Origin: Octopus vulgaris
Taxonomy: Eukaryota
Length of the DNA stretch: 64,000 nucleotides
Direction: 5' to 3'
NCBI GenBank assembly: GCA_951406725.2
Contig: OX597814.1
Coordinates: forward strand, 59,768,001-59,832,000
The translations under genes and the position numbers were made by a program. Within the stretch, counting starts at the first letter, position 1, and each line of letters opens with the position of its first letter. Under the pieces are notes generated by a model that saw only the letters and a program-made list of their open reading frames with translations, had not been told where the DNA came from and did not search any database. Shown in pieces: positions 41,691-54,672 of this stretch.

Positions 41691-42010
41691 ATTTTCAGAG
41701 TAACACCCGCAAGATTTTCACTAAGAAAAAAAAAATCGAATTTTGTGCGTGGAATGAAGTACTCTGACATCCTAATATTCTGCAAATCCCATATTTTGGT
41801 TCGCAAAAATTGTTCGAATGGGTGTAGAGGATCCTCCCCGTCCCAGATTCACTGGAAAATTTCTTTTTCGTTGAATGAATTCCTGAGACATCCTAATATG
41901 CTACAAAACTCTTTGGTGGGGTTCGAAAATCGGAGGGAGGTGAGGTGGAAGCGTCGGAAATTTCACCCACATAGCCATACGTACCTTTTGGGTTTTCTGA
42001 ATACCAAATC

Positions 42011-42057
<47 letters not shown>

Positions 42058-45000
42058 CATGTATGTATGTATGTATTCTATATGTATATGTATAAAAATT
42101 GTGCTTGCATTTATCTATTGAAGAAACATAATCAAGAGCGGAATATTTTCTAACTTATCCAGCAACACCGAATCAATGTACTAGGAGAACGGAAAAATTA
42201 TTTGTACAAAATAGCATGCCATTTTGAAAAATTGACCTACCTGTCTAGATGATAGACAGGAACACAACTGTTTAACATGGAGGATTTCAAAGCGCGAAGA
42301 TAATGCCATGAAATATATTGAAGTCACTTCATCTGATAGAAATAGAAGTAAATTGTTCATTGGCTATCTGGTGTGAATTTGTAATGATCATTTAAGCAAA
42401 TTTAGGCTTTGAAAATATTCACATATATTTTTGACCTAAGCATGAAGGAAAGAGCAAAGTATTTTGTAGGACTTCTTAGTCTTATGATATAATACTATTG
42501 ACAACCTAGAAGGAAGCTGGTGAACAATACGAATACATGTTGTTTTTGCTGAAGATGATAACCAACAGGAATGTTCAGCGGGAAAAACGGTAGTAAGAGT
42601 GAGGGGGAATCAGAATGAGAATGCAGTTAGTCATCTATAAATATTGTGTATATCTGACTAAAAATGGCTACATGAATACTCTATATATAACGATCGCGTC
42701 GCTTGGACTTTTAGTGATACATGACGTTGAAGAATAATGATACACATAATATCGCTTGTAAAATAAATCGTAGGGCAATGTAAGTATGGATATACCAATA
42801 TGTCAAAAATAAGTATAAAAATACAAAGATTCATAATTTCGATTTTCTTCAGTTTTTAGTGTCAAGATGAAATATTATCATAAAATTGTTTACCTGCAAG
42901 AAAAATGGAAATTATATTTGTAAACCAAAATCGAACAGGAATGCAAAACGAAGCATTCTGAATTTCAGTTTTTAAATTCTGATCAAAATATCACTCCGAG
43001 CATGGGTTTTGATCTTTTTTTTATGATTCATGACCTCTATATCGATTTGGAGTCGTCAAAACGTATTACTCTGCACTTTCAGGCCGTAACAATAACTGCT
43101 AAAAATAAAACTAGATTAAAAATAGAAGCTGAAAAATAAAAGTATAATTGTGTTTGAAAATACCGATCATTTTAATGAGTTTTTTAATGCATATTATATT
43201 TTATAATGCAATTTGCAAAGGAAAAAATGAAAGACGCAGCGCATGATACATGCGATGTACGAGACAATGAAAAGAGAACATTTAAAACACAAAATTTTTA
43301 AAGGAATTAGCTGATGTTAAGAATATGGCAGAATCTAATCTTAAGCCCCATTCTTCCATGAAGTGATAGAAACAATAGAAAAATAATGCTTCGTTAACTG
43401 AGCATGATGCATATGAGATTAAAGAGGGAAGATGATACGTTAATGCATTTTCCACATGGATTTATTGCAATAAGTGAACCCATTGCAGAGGTAAATTAGA
43501 ACTAGGATCTATTCACTTAGAACCATGCTAACCAGAAGTTATGGCTGTTAAAGTATGTCGGTAGGAGGAACAGTCTCTGAAGTAATGATGATAGAGTTAA
43601 AGATTTTCTGCTGTCCGTAAAGGATCAAACATTGCTTATGAGAATGGAAATAAATGTTAACCTCGCAAGTGTGTATCTATTGTTCAAATGTCGAAACAGA
43701 TTCAGACACCAAGACAGATATGCGTAAGTACATGTGGGTTTACACTTAGAAACATCCGTACACATACATACATGCATTCATACATACATGCATACAGAAA
43801 TATAAGAATTACAGTCCGTCTCTTTATCGAAACTGCTTTCAGGAAAGTTTGCTACATCTGTCGGAAGTTAATAAAACTGAACGTTATCTCTGAAGCTGAT
43901 GCAATAAAAGCAGGCTGAGTGAGCATCATTCAAAGTCACCACATTGTTCACAATTTCGTCTCTAAATATTTCATCGAATAGGTGGTGGTAGTAGGAAAAG
44001 TGAGTTAAAAGTATCGCAGTATTAAGTTACACGCATTTACCATCTCTACTGAAAATCTTGTTAAGGAAAAGGCGAAGCAATACAATTTCGGCAGCGATTA
44101 TCTCTCTCTCTCACTTTTTTTAAGTATATGAAGAACATTACATAATGCTCTTTTATCATTTTTCTTTTTGTTTGAGGCGGTGGTTTATGATTTGAAAGTG
44201 ATTTGGTTACTATTTCTAACCAGTTCAGCAACCATGTAGAAACTGCCTCCTTTTTTTATAAGAGGCGGTAATACATTTATGCCATTTTCATAGACTACAT
44301 TTTGCTTGTACGCGGGTTTAAGAAAACAAAATTCCTCTTGCATATCATCTATTTTTCTTCATTTTATCCTATGACGTATTTAATTGTGCAATCAACAAAA
44401 GGATGAAAGAAAGGACATTTATATCACAATAGATTATAAGCATTTTAGCATTCGCTCTTATCTCACATATATATAAATAGAACAGACATTGCATAATAGT
44501 GATACGCTCCGGGAAAGTTGTGTTTACAAAGCATTTAATATTTAATTGCTTTATATTCATGTATTTCTAGTTAAGTCCATTTATTGGTTAAGTCTAGTTA
44601 CATAAGAGGACATTTACCTTCGGCAATGTTCAATGCGATCGAACCCTGAACTACAGGTTTGCGAACGTAATATGTACACCATCGTATATGTTTCTCTTTG
44701 ACTCCATATTTCCCGTTTCATATTGCGGAAACTGGGAACGCTCACTCGCAGAGACTAATTCATATCTTTGGAATGGAACAAAACGTTAAGACGACGACAG
44801 AAAAGGCTTTAAAAAGCACAACCGTTCTAAACACGTTGATATCTGGTTATATAATGTATGATCAGAACCATTCCAGTCTGTCATTTTATGATCCTGTTAG
44901 TGTACATTCAATATCCATGGAGTTTCTGAAATTAAGAATTGGGTAACATATGATTTTAGGAAAATTTGGCTGATATTTCTAACAGCCCAAGCGACCAGGT

Positions 45001-46279
45001 CGATATCCTTCCCATTCATTATACCATTGGGAGAATATGACAAACAATACTTTTGTAGGGAATAGACACTTTACTACTTTTCTTCAATGTTTCGCATGAA
45101 AAATTACAATTAAAGATAGCCTGTGTTGATTTAAAATGTATTAAATAAAACTGAATGATAGCTAGTCTATGATACTTATAACTTTCTATGATACTTATTG
45201 TCTTTTAAATTTTATCACACATATGTATTAATATATTCATTGGTAAGCATCTTAGATTATGAAATAAAATGCTTACAAAGATATTCGTTGGAATGTTAGA
45301 TGTATTTTGTTTTCCATTTTTTTATGATATTTTATTCATGGTGTTTTACTAAATGTAATGAATTGTAGTCGTTTCTTGCCAAATAATACGTGTTTTATTG
45401 CGTTGACAAATTTCCAATTTCGTGTTTACAATGAGTGATGAGGCTAGCAATTTACGTTCCGTTTATTTTTACACAGAAACATTTGTCACTCAACAATTTC
45501 CGAAATATGTAGTGATAGATGGTAAAAATAAGAATGAATATAGTTGAAAATGTAGATTAGGCTTCTGCGAGGCTATAGCTACGTGGTTAAAAAGTTTGAA
45601 TGGAAAACATTTGTTACCAGCTTTCTACTGTGGCTGGGTTTTGCTAATAACAGGCGAGTACAAATTCAAAGGTATTAAATTAACATTTAATTAACATATG
45701 TTATATGCATGTATGCGTCATTTCATCCATCTATCTATACATATGTAGTGTAAATACAATGAACAGTAAAAGCAGCAACACGGGTGATGCAAGGAAGAAG
45801 AAACTCTTATAACGTTTGGGCACTTAGTCGTTCGTCACGGAAAAGAGTGTAGAGGTAGTTAAAACTAGAAACAGAAGCACAAAATAAAAATACAAAAATA
45901 AAAGTGATTATGATTGAGTTATAATAGAGTCAGAAAGCTTTCCTATGGTAGAAGAGAGGGGTGTAGATATGCTGGTATAACAGCATATTCATGTCTTGAA
46001 CCAATCATAAAAGGATGAAAGAAAAGACATTTATATCACAATAGATTATAAGCAGGTTAGTAGGCATGTGGAATACTGATATGTGTATAAACTTGAAACG
46101 GGTGTTGAGAAAGTGTGTGAGGAGAAAATGATGTTGGTGATGGAAACAGGATGGTGTGAGGAATATGGAATTCATGATAAATGTGTATGGATGTGTATGG
46201 CTGTAAAAGTTTTTTTTACAGGAAAGAAAGGTTTATGCAACAATATGAAGTGATAAAAATAGGGAAACTATGAATTTTG

Positions 46280-46433
46280 TGCGCAGGTGTTGTAAGAAAG
46301 TTTACTTCCTAACCACATGGTTCCGGGTTCAATCCCACTGCGTGGCCCATTGTGCAAGCATCTTCGACTTATAGCCTCGAGTCGACCAAAGACTTGTGAA
46401 TGAATTTTGGCAGACGAAAACTGAAAGACCATC

Positions 46434-46516
<83 letters not shown>

Positions 46517-46822
46517 TGTATGTATGTGTGTATGTATGTATGTATGTATGTATGTATGTATGTATGTATGTATGATTGTATGTATACGTACACAAATATA
46601 TATGTAAGTCTGTGTGTTTCTGCATGTATTTTTCCCCCACCACCACCGCTTGACAAACGGTGTTGGTGGGTTTACATCATCGTAACAGAGCAAAAGGGAC
46701 CAATAAAATAACTATGAGGCTTTAAAAAGGGTACTGAGGTGGATTCATTTGACTAGAATTCCTTAAGGTGGTGTACAAGCATGTCCGCGGTCGGATGTCT
46801 GAAATAAGTAAAACAAAATAAA
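46280..46822 (+). mobile_element. SINE family 3, full length and diverged, with expanded internal (TA)n(TATG)n
   Basis: GGTTCAATCCC B-box; collinear with the reverse complement of 20985-21387. Confidence 0.85.
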
Positions 46823-48710
46823 GAAGATAGGTCTGTGAGAAAAGTAAAACTATCCAAAAGAGAGGTAAAAGATACGGGTCATTCGATGGAAAGTTCAAAA
46901 GGGGTTATTGAACTCGTAAAATTCAGGGAAAGGATGTAACTGTGATGAGAAGTGGTATAAGAAAATATAAGGTTATATGATATATATGTAGCGGATCAGA
47001 CAGAATTTATTTCTTTCGAAAGTTGTGTGAAAAGTAAAGGGAGGAAAAAGGCCAAACTATTGTGTGAAGTCATATTGACAAGGTGTCGATACAGTAAAAG
47101 CGAGAAGGCAGAGTTTAATGTGTGATCAGCAGCTGTCAGCCAAACCAGAGTGGCAGGGTTACACAATGTGTGTGTGGGTAGAAGTGTGCATCAATATACT
47201 GGTCTGTGTTAGTGTGGGTGGAAGTGTCCGCGCGCACGTGTAAGTGAAGAACTGGGTGGGGCGTATAAATGGGAGTGTACATGTGCATATGTGTATTTTA
47301 AGAGTGTGTCAGTTTGGTATATGTGAATCCGTGTGTTTGTGTTTGTGTGTCAAAGAAACAAGTTCGTGCGTCAGTAGAAGTCTGTGTGTACGTGTCAGTA
47401 TACTGGTGTGCATGTATGTGTGAAGCGTAGTAGAAGAACAAAGATGCTTCTATGAGTGTATGTGCGTGTGTAAATGAGAGACGTTGAGAGGAAGATGTAT
47501 ATATGAGAAAGCGGCGTTTTTGCATTCAGATTACGTGCGTAGGAGTGAGATTTGGGAGCAGTAGATGTAGTTTTTAGGGCAGGGTATGAGTATGTGCATG
47601 GAAGCTGAGCAGAAGGGAGCTAAAATATTAGAGACGGGTTGTGCTGGACAGGCAGGATGAAAATGCAAGTTACAAAAATTGTGAAGATTTATTAAGACCC
47701 GTTCCCGTCTAATACAATTGGCTGAGAATCTTCTATAGGAATCTAAACCTAAAACTAAGAAATGTTGAGTACAGTGGTCAGCGAATCAGGAATGTTATGA
47801 GATCAGCAACCCGTCACCGAATCAGATGTCTTTAAGGTGTTCTACAAACCACTCGGACATTTGGCGTCAGTTCGTCTGATGCAGAGCACACGTGTATTTG
47901 TAAGCGCGTGTACAGCGAAAGAGATAAAGATGTGTAAGGGTCACAATATATGTCTGTTTATGTATGCAATGGTCTTAAAATGGGTGTTGCGCATCTTCAT
48001 GTTCCATAACATGCCCCATAACATCGTTACAATCGGCTGAACTAACTTCTGAGGACGACGTAACCAGATAAATCTTTCCATCAGAGCCAACACTCTCTAT
48101 AGCCTAATGAATGAAATATTTAGAAAAATAAAAGAACATTCGACATTTATTAGATAATTAATGTATCGGCATTATAGCTTTACTGCTTAAGTTTTTTTTT
48201 ATTAATATTTAAATACTGGATATTCAAATGAATGATAATTTAGATCAGAGGGCGAAATATGTAGATTTAGCTTTGTTACTTTTCAAAACAAAAATTGTTT
48301 CAATAGAATATATTACTAAAGTAATGAAACTATAATCTTGTGCTAAAGAAATAAAGCGATATTAAAAGATTATAATAGAAGTGATCGCCGTAATGCATGG
48401 GTTACACTTTCATTAATTTGCCAACTGAATGAATTATTATATAATTCTGAATGTTATATCGGTGGAAATGATTGGTATGTTATGCATCCTGTTTAATCTT
48501 ATCCATGTAATTACACCACAAATGTTGAGAGCCTTTTCAGTAAATATATGGAGATAAAGATTAAAAGAGCTGTCAAAATTCTATTTTCTGCATGGCAGAA
48601 CAATTAGTACACTGCTGTTCCGCTTAGTAAAGCCTAGTTTTATTTCTTTTGATGATAAAGTCAGTTATATAACATGACCGTAGGAGAATCTGGTTTCTTC
48701 ATTCTATGTT

Positions 48711-48766
<56 letters not shown>

Positions 48767-50567
48767 AAAAGGAATTCTATCCGGAAGAGGTTTGTCCCAA
48801 ATCGGCTATTCGATTTAAGAGTTCCTAGCTGTTTGCTAAAAATGTTAATTTCTATTGATTACAAAAACAAAATGCTTGTTTCTTACTTGCCTTCAAAACA
48901 AAACGATACTCAAATAATAGAGCTTAAAGGAATATTGGATGGAAATGAAGAAATCTAAAAAGGCATATCTAATTGCGCTATACGCTGTGATGCAACAATG
49001 GTAATCTTGAGTGACTTAGCCTGTATGCTCTGATTTTCATGCGTTTATTTACTAATTTGTCAAGTGTATAATACAGCAAAAGGCTCTTTAGGGCCAGGAA
49101 GGATTTTTTTTTTTTTACTGAAGTGCCTTCAGCACTTTAAGTAAAGAAAATGCATCTACTGGCAAAGTCTACTTGCTTTCGGCTTTTCGTCACTGTAGAC
49201 GATGACTGACTGAGGGAATTTAAGTCACCATTAGATGATTAAACCTGATAAGTAATTCACAGGGTGTTAAGCCCATCCCACTCGGTGAATGTACTCGAAA
49301 GCTGGTATTAAATGCGTTTCAATTTAAAATATTCTTTTTCACCAAACTAAATCATTTACAAGCATATGGTACTTTGTCAAATCTTTCAAAATGTCATTTT
49401 TTCCGAAACCAATTGCAAAGCCGATAGATAGAGACAGACATAATAATGTCTCAGCTATCAAGATCAGTTGAAAATCGACATTTTGTAAACTGGTGACCCT
49501 CAAAGGATTGTTTGCTGAGTTATACCTACTAGTAATTTTACTACTTCGATGGTCATTTGGTATTAACATATACAAAAAATTAAAGAATATTTAAATTCAG
49601 ATTTAAAGCAATAAAATTCATTTATTATTTGAAGTTTAAATAATCCATCAGCGTGCCTGAAAACTTGTCAGGATATGAGATCCAAAAACTAAAGAGTTCC
49701 TTTCATCTTTTTCTCATTTTTTCACAATAAATGTTACATGTTATATATTTACACGGTTTACACGCCTTCAGATCTCGTCCATTTTTTTTTCAAACCAGTT
49801 GCAAAGCCGATAGAGGCAGTCATAATAATGTCTCGTCTCCTCTTCCCCTCTTTATTATCAACTGCTCCCTCCCCCTCTTACTTCTTATCTTTCGTCCTTG
49901 CCAATATATATCTCATAATCTCGCATTCTCTCTTTCTTTCTCCTATGACTTTCAAAATAACTTCCTTTATCTTTTTATCATTTCTTTTCTTCCTTTACAT
50001 TACCACCTAATCTTCTGAAGTCTATATACTGTATATCAAAACATGAAAGTACGTATGTATCATGGCACATGCATTTTGATATTATATTTTCATATACGAT
50101 TTGATGTAATATTGCGTAATGATATCTACATCTGATTTCAGAGTGTGAGTAATAAAATCTGCTCTTCAGATGATACATCGAAACATCTGCAAAGTTATAA
50201 TAGTAATTACGGAAATTTATATACAAATTCATGAGGATATATTCTATAAAACTATGATTGGTTGTCTCCTTCGCTCTACATTTTATAGCCATCTCGCTCC
50301 GTTTGGGATTACTTACTGTAATTAAGAAATTTGATTTTAAGAATTCAAGCCGTCCCGGAATTAATTTGGTGCTTATCTATTCTTGCATAAGCATCCTCAT
50401 AACCACTACACAAACACTCTCATACACACACATATATACATACATACATATATATATATATACAAACACACACACACACAAACATATACAGACACACACA
50501 CATATATATATGCAAATATTTACATATACATATATTTAAAGATAGATAAACAGATAGACAGACAAGC

Positions 50568-50624
<57 letters not shown>

Positions 50625-51445
50625 TATAGTATGTATGTAAGTAAGTGTGCGTGTGTGCATGTGTACGTGCGTGCGGGGGGGGGTGACAAACAGCACCTAA
50701 ATTGAAACGGTATCTGTTCGATATGTCCGCTTCACAAAAGACAAACTAATATCTATAGCATCATGCATTTTTGTCCGGTTCAAAACCTTACAGACAAAAT
50801 GTGATATAAAGTGTAATTTTTTCTACTCTACTGTCAGTAAATTTCTCCCTCATTGATATTCATTCCTGTTAGAGAAAATTAAATATTTGACAATACTTTT
50901 TTTAAAGAAAGTGTATCATTACTAGGTCCGCTGTGAAATTAGATTTCATTTGTTTCTGATATAAAAGCGACTGTTCGAAAGTTGTATTTTCTCAAACGTG
51001 TTTAACTTTCCATAATCTATACACCTGACATGGAATTGTCACATGTCATGAAAAGGTTTAGAAATTTAGCATCTTAAAAATGTTCGAAGAGCTATTTCCA
51101 AACGAAATGGTGCTAAAGTTAGAATTGAAGTTAGAATATCCCAATATTCGTGTTCTGAATAAATACACTTCGCAAACACATGTGTTAGTCCTCTCAAACA
51201 TACATTTGTTTTATTTTTATTACTATAAACTGAACTGTGATAAATGTTCCTATTAGACATTTGATATATATCTGCATTTGCAGAACATACGTTATGAGAG
51301 AACAACTAGTTCAAATCTAACTTGGACACCAATTTGAGTGATTCAGTTAAACGAAATATTCAGAACATATTGCCTCGCCAAAATACGCGGAAGTTATTCG
51401 CTATTGATTTACATTGATCTGATTAAATACATCTTCTCCAATTTA

Positions 51446-51490
<45 letters not shown>

Positions 51491-51568
51491 AGTGTGTGTA
51501 TTAAATAAAATGAGACAACAAAGACAAGACTGTGTGGAATTTTCAGGACATTTATAAAGAGAAAGTTA

Positions 51569-51616
51569 GTCATACAGCTGTTTCTGGGATATTAGGGATA
51601 TCTCTTCATCAGAGAC
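51569..51616 (-). ncRNA. Minimal type-I hammerhead ribozyme motif (Penelope-type)
   Basis: Minus strand: GTCT-CTGATGA-AGAGATATCCCTAATATCCCA-GAAA-CAGCTG-TA-TGAC. The core is intact, stem II has 6 of 7 bp, stem III is the palindrome ACAGCTGT, and the cleavage triplet is GUA. Confidence 0.65.
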
Positions 51617-52658
51617 GTTGTGAGATGGTAAAATAGATGGAAATATTAGAGTTCAATATAAGTAGTTAATTTGGAAAAGGAAGGAAATAAGGATTATATA
51701 GGCAAAGAGGAGAATGAATGCAGAAAAAAAATTCAATATATAAAGCTGTTACAGTTGCAGTTCCATTATCCAAGGAAAGTGGTTTATTGAAGTGGTAGAA
51801 ATGCTTCTTATCCGTGGTATGTAAATTCGAGTAGGAGTTCATATTTTGTCGTTACAAATTTAAAGTGTGGGAACGTAGATATCACGTGCTGTTCATTCAA
51901 AGGGTCTTGAGGAGCGAATGAAAATTAGAGAATGAAATGGTAGTATTAAGTGGATTGAGAGGGGAGAAGAGGTGTGTATGTTAAAATGAGGAGAGAAGTC
52001 AAAGGAAAAGGTGAGAAAAAAAGGAAAAAAGATGAAGAGAAAATGAAAACAAGAAGTGCACATGAGAAAAATGAGTGAAAGAAAGGGAAAAAGGGAAAAA
52101 GGAGTGTTAGTTGATGGTAAAGATATTATGAGGTAGGGATGAGGGAGGAGTAGGGGATAGATAGGAAGAGATAAGAATGTAAGTAGTGAATATGTTTGAG
52201 GTGTGTGAGGTGGGGTGATATGCTAGAATGGCACTAAGCGATGGGTACAAAAAAAGGTATAGGGATGGGGTTTTCTAAAGTGAGCAGTAAACCTCAAAAC
52301 AGAAAGGAAGACTATCAAGAATGCTCAAGTTTCTACTAATAGACATGTGTTTATTCTACTGGCTAATGTGATAGTGTGGGTTGAGGAATTAGAGAGAAAG
52401 AGAGAAAGAAGTACATATATGTACGCGCGCACACATGTACATATATGTGTGTGCATGCACTATTATACAGGCCTACGTACTTCTGTATTTAAACCCGTAT
52501 ACCTGCATGCATATGTATACACATACACACACATACATATATGCATATATTCATAAAGATACATATGCATGAATGCATACGCATATATATGCGGATATAT
52601 GTGCGTATGTATATGTGTATATATATATAACCTAATTCTCATCGACAACTATGATTGT

Positions 52659-52703
52659 CACACGCCGATGACGGGTCAATACCCTGAAACTCGAGTCCGT
52701 GTG
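52659..52703 (+). ncRNA. Minimal type-I hammerhead ribozyme motif (one core substitution)
   Basis: CACACG-CCGATGA-CGGGTCAATACCCT-GAAA-CTCGAG-TC-CGTGTG. Perfect 6-bp stem I, GGGT/ACCC stem II, palindromic ACTCGAGT stem III, GUC cleavage triplet. The core reads CCGAUGA instead of CUGAUGA. Confidence 0.75.
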
Positions 52704-52864
52704 TATCATAAGTTGAAGACGGGAAGGTTGGCTTCCCTTTGCAAATACTGATAGGGCACAGAAAGTGTGTCTATAGCCAGCTGGAGGAGGTGTCCTCCTG
52801 GGGCTACAAACTACAGTAGCATCCAACCTTAGGGGTTTAGCCATATTCAAATGGCAAATATACG

Positions 52865-52912
<48 letters not shown>

Positions 52913-53338
52913 CATACGCACATATATCCGCATACGTACGCATATGCATGTCCATAGATGCAGTATTGAACAATAAAAACGAGATTAGAAAGTCAAAAAT
53001 TATGAAAATTCAAATAGCATTGTTGGGGATTACTTAAGGTGTTTTGGGGATATGTTTTACGTGGTTGTTTCGGTCGCATTTAGATTTGTGGTAAAATTTG
53101 AAGGTACGAAAAAGCGGTGGGTGTATGTACCTAGGGACTCATTATATTTATTTAGTAGTATTGAAGATACAGCTCTATATTTTAGAGATGAGGAATTATG
53201 TACATTATTTACAATATTTACATTATTTACAATTGACGGATATTTGTCCTCATCAGGTGTCTTGGGGAAATGTTAGAAGTTTGGTTCTCATACCAAAGGT
53301 ATTTTTCGATGTTGTTGTTTTTGTTATTATTATTACTC

Positions 53339-53411
<73 letters not shown>

Positions 53412-53416
<5 letters not shown>

Positions 53417-53492
53417 TCATTGCCTGGAATCGAACTCGGAATCTTAGGGTTAGTAGCCCGCGCTCTTAACCATTACGCCATATGCACGTGGG
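53412..53492 (-). mobile_element. tRNA-like Pol III (SINE) head followed by (AAT)n
   Basis: Minus strand: TGGCGTAATGG (A box, 53470-53480), anticodon-like arm GGG-CTACTAA-CCC and GTTCGATTCC (B box, 53426-53435). The acceptor stem does not pair, so it is not a tRNA gene. Confidence 0.75.
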
Positions 53493-53790
53493 CATAGTAT
53501 TGAAGAGTTATGTTTCAATATGAGGAATGCCTCTTTTAGGCATAACTTACAAGCTGAGCGTTCACCGTGGTATGGAAGCCCTGAATTGATTACAGACCAT
53601 GACAAGATGTAGGGAATATTTCTATTTTTGAGATGATGTAAGTGACTGGCGAGTGTTGTTAATTTACTGTTTCTTGTATCTAAAAGAATCAAGATGCGCA
53701 GCGTATCGCTGCTTAAAATTTATAGTTGATCCTATATATATATGGTTGTAGAATTATGCAACGTGTTGAGGGCTGTGCATTTATAAATTA
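53493..53790 (-). mobile_element. Penelope-like GIY-YIG endonuclease remnant
   Basis: ORF 53450-53692 reads TTLASHLHHLKNRNIPYILSWSVI...PY...CKLCLKEAFLIL. The upstream YIGSTINFKQRYA is homologous to 40905-40945. Confidence 0.8.
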
Positions 53791-53879
53791 ATTTTTTGCC
53801 TCTCCAATCATGTTTTCATTTTTAATACTACACATATGGACATGCCTATGCACACGTATTAGGATGTATGTGCTTATGT

Positions 53880-53921
<42 letters not shown>

Positions 53922-54019
53922 CTCCCAGAAATCCTGTCCTTTCCTCTTGTTTCTAGTATGTGCCACCTAAATTTTGCACTCACGCCTGTTTTTTTTTTCC
54001 TAAATTTCTTCCGATTCCC

Positions 54020-54672
54020 GTTTTCAATACAGGAGACTGGGTCTTGCCCCGAAATCACGTTTTCAATATTTTAATTTTCCCACTCCCAATCCCCAATTTA
54101 AAAAAAAAATTTCATTTTTTCGAAAATTTTCTTGGTAATCCACGCAAAAGAGACAGAGGTACTGATCTTTAATAATTTTCTTGGCTCTTTTTTCTTAAAA
54201 AAAAACTAAAATTTCCTTCCCAATCATCCACCCATCACCTCACCACTTTTGAAAAGCTTCAAACTCCCAAAGTTTCACTTTTAGCTTTTTGGAAAACTGG
54301 AAGTTTCTTCAGAAATAATGTCGTTTACCTGTTGTTTGTAGCATGTCGGGTTTTCTGGTGATGCTCTAATATTTTTACGCCTGCTATTTCAGTACAATTA
54401 TATGCGCGTAACATCAGACAAAAGAGAAACATTAGGTGTTTTTAGCTTTTTGAAAGCAGGTAGGTGTTGGGTGGGTGAGGTGTTGGAAAGGTCATTGAGT
54501 GTTCCTTTATAAAAAATTAATATTTATAAAACAATATTTATTTCCCAGATTCGTAATCTCTGTATTTTTCATCATGAATAAAAACAATTCGATAAAAAGT
54601 TGGTGCGGGAACTAAGATGTTGAAAACGTGATTTCTGGGCAAAATTGCATTAACCCACTTTTCTACGATGAA
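54020..54672. mobile_element. Foldback/MITE-like element with long diverged inverted arms
   Basis: TTGCCCCGAAATCACGTTTTCAATAT (54044-54069) is inverted at 54617-54642 (24/26). Similarity continues over ~250-bp arms (54020-54276 vs 54426-54672). Confidence 0.7.

Noticed and set aside
53412-53492. Functional tRNA gene
   Set aside because: The acceptor stem is unpaired, there is no Ser-type variable arm for the ACT anticodon, and it is followed by (AAT)n rather than a T-run. Treated as a SINE head.
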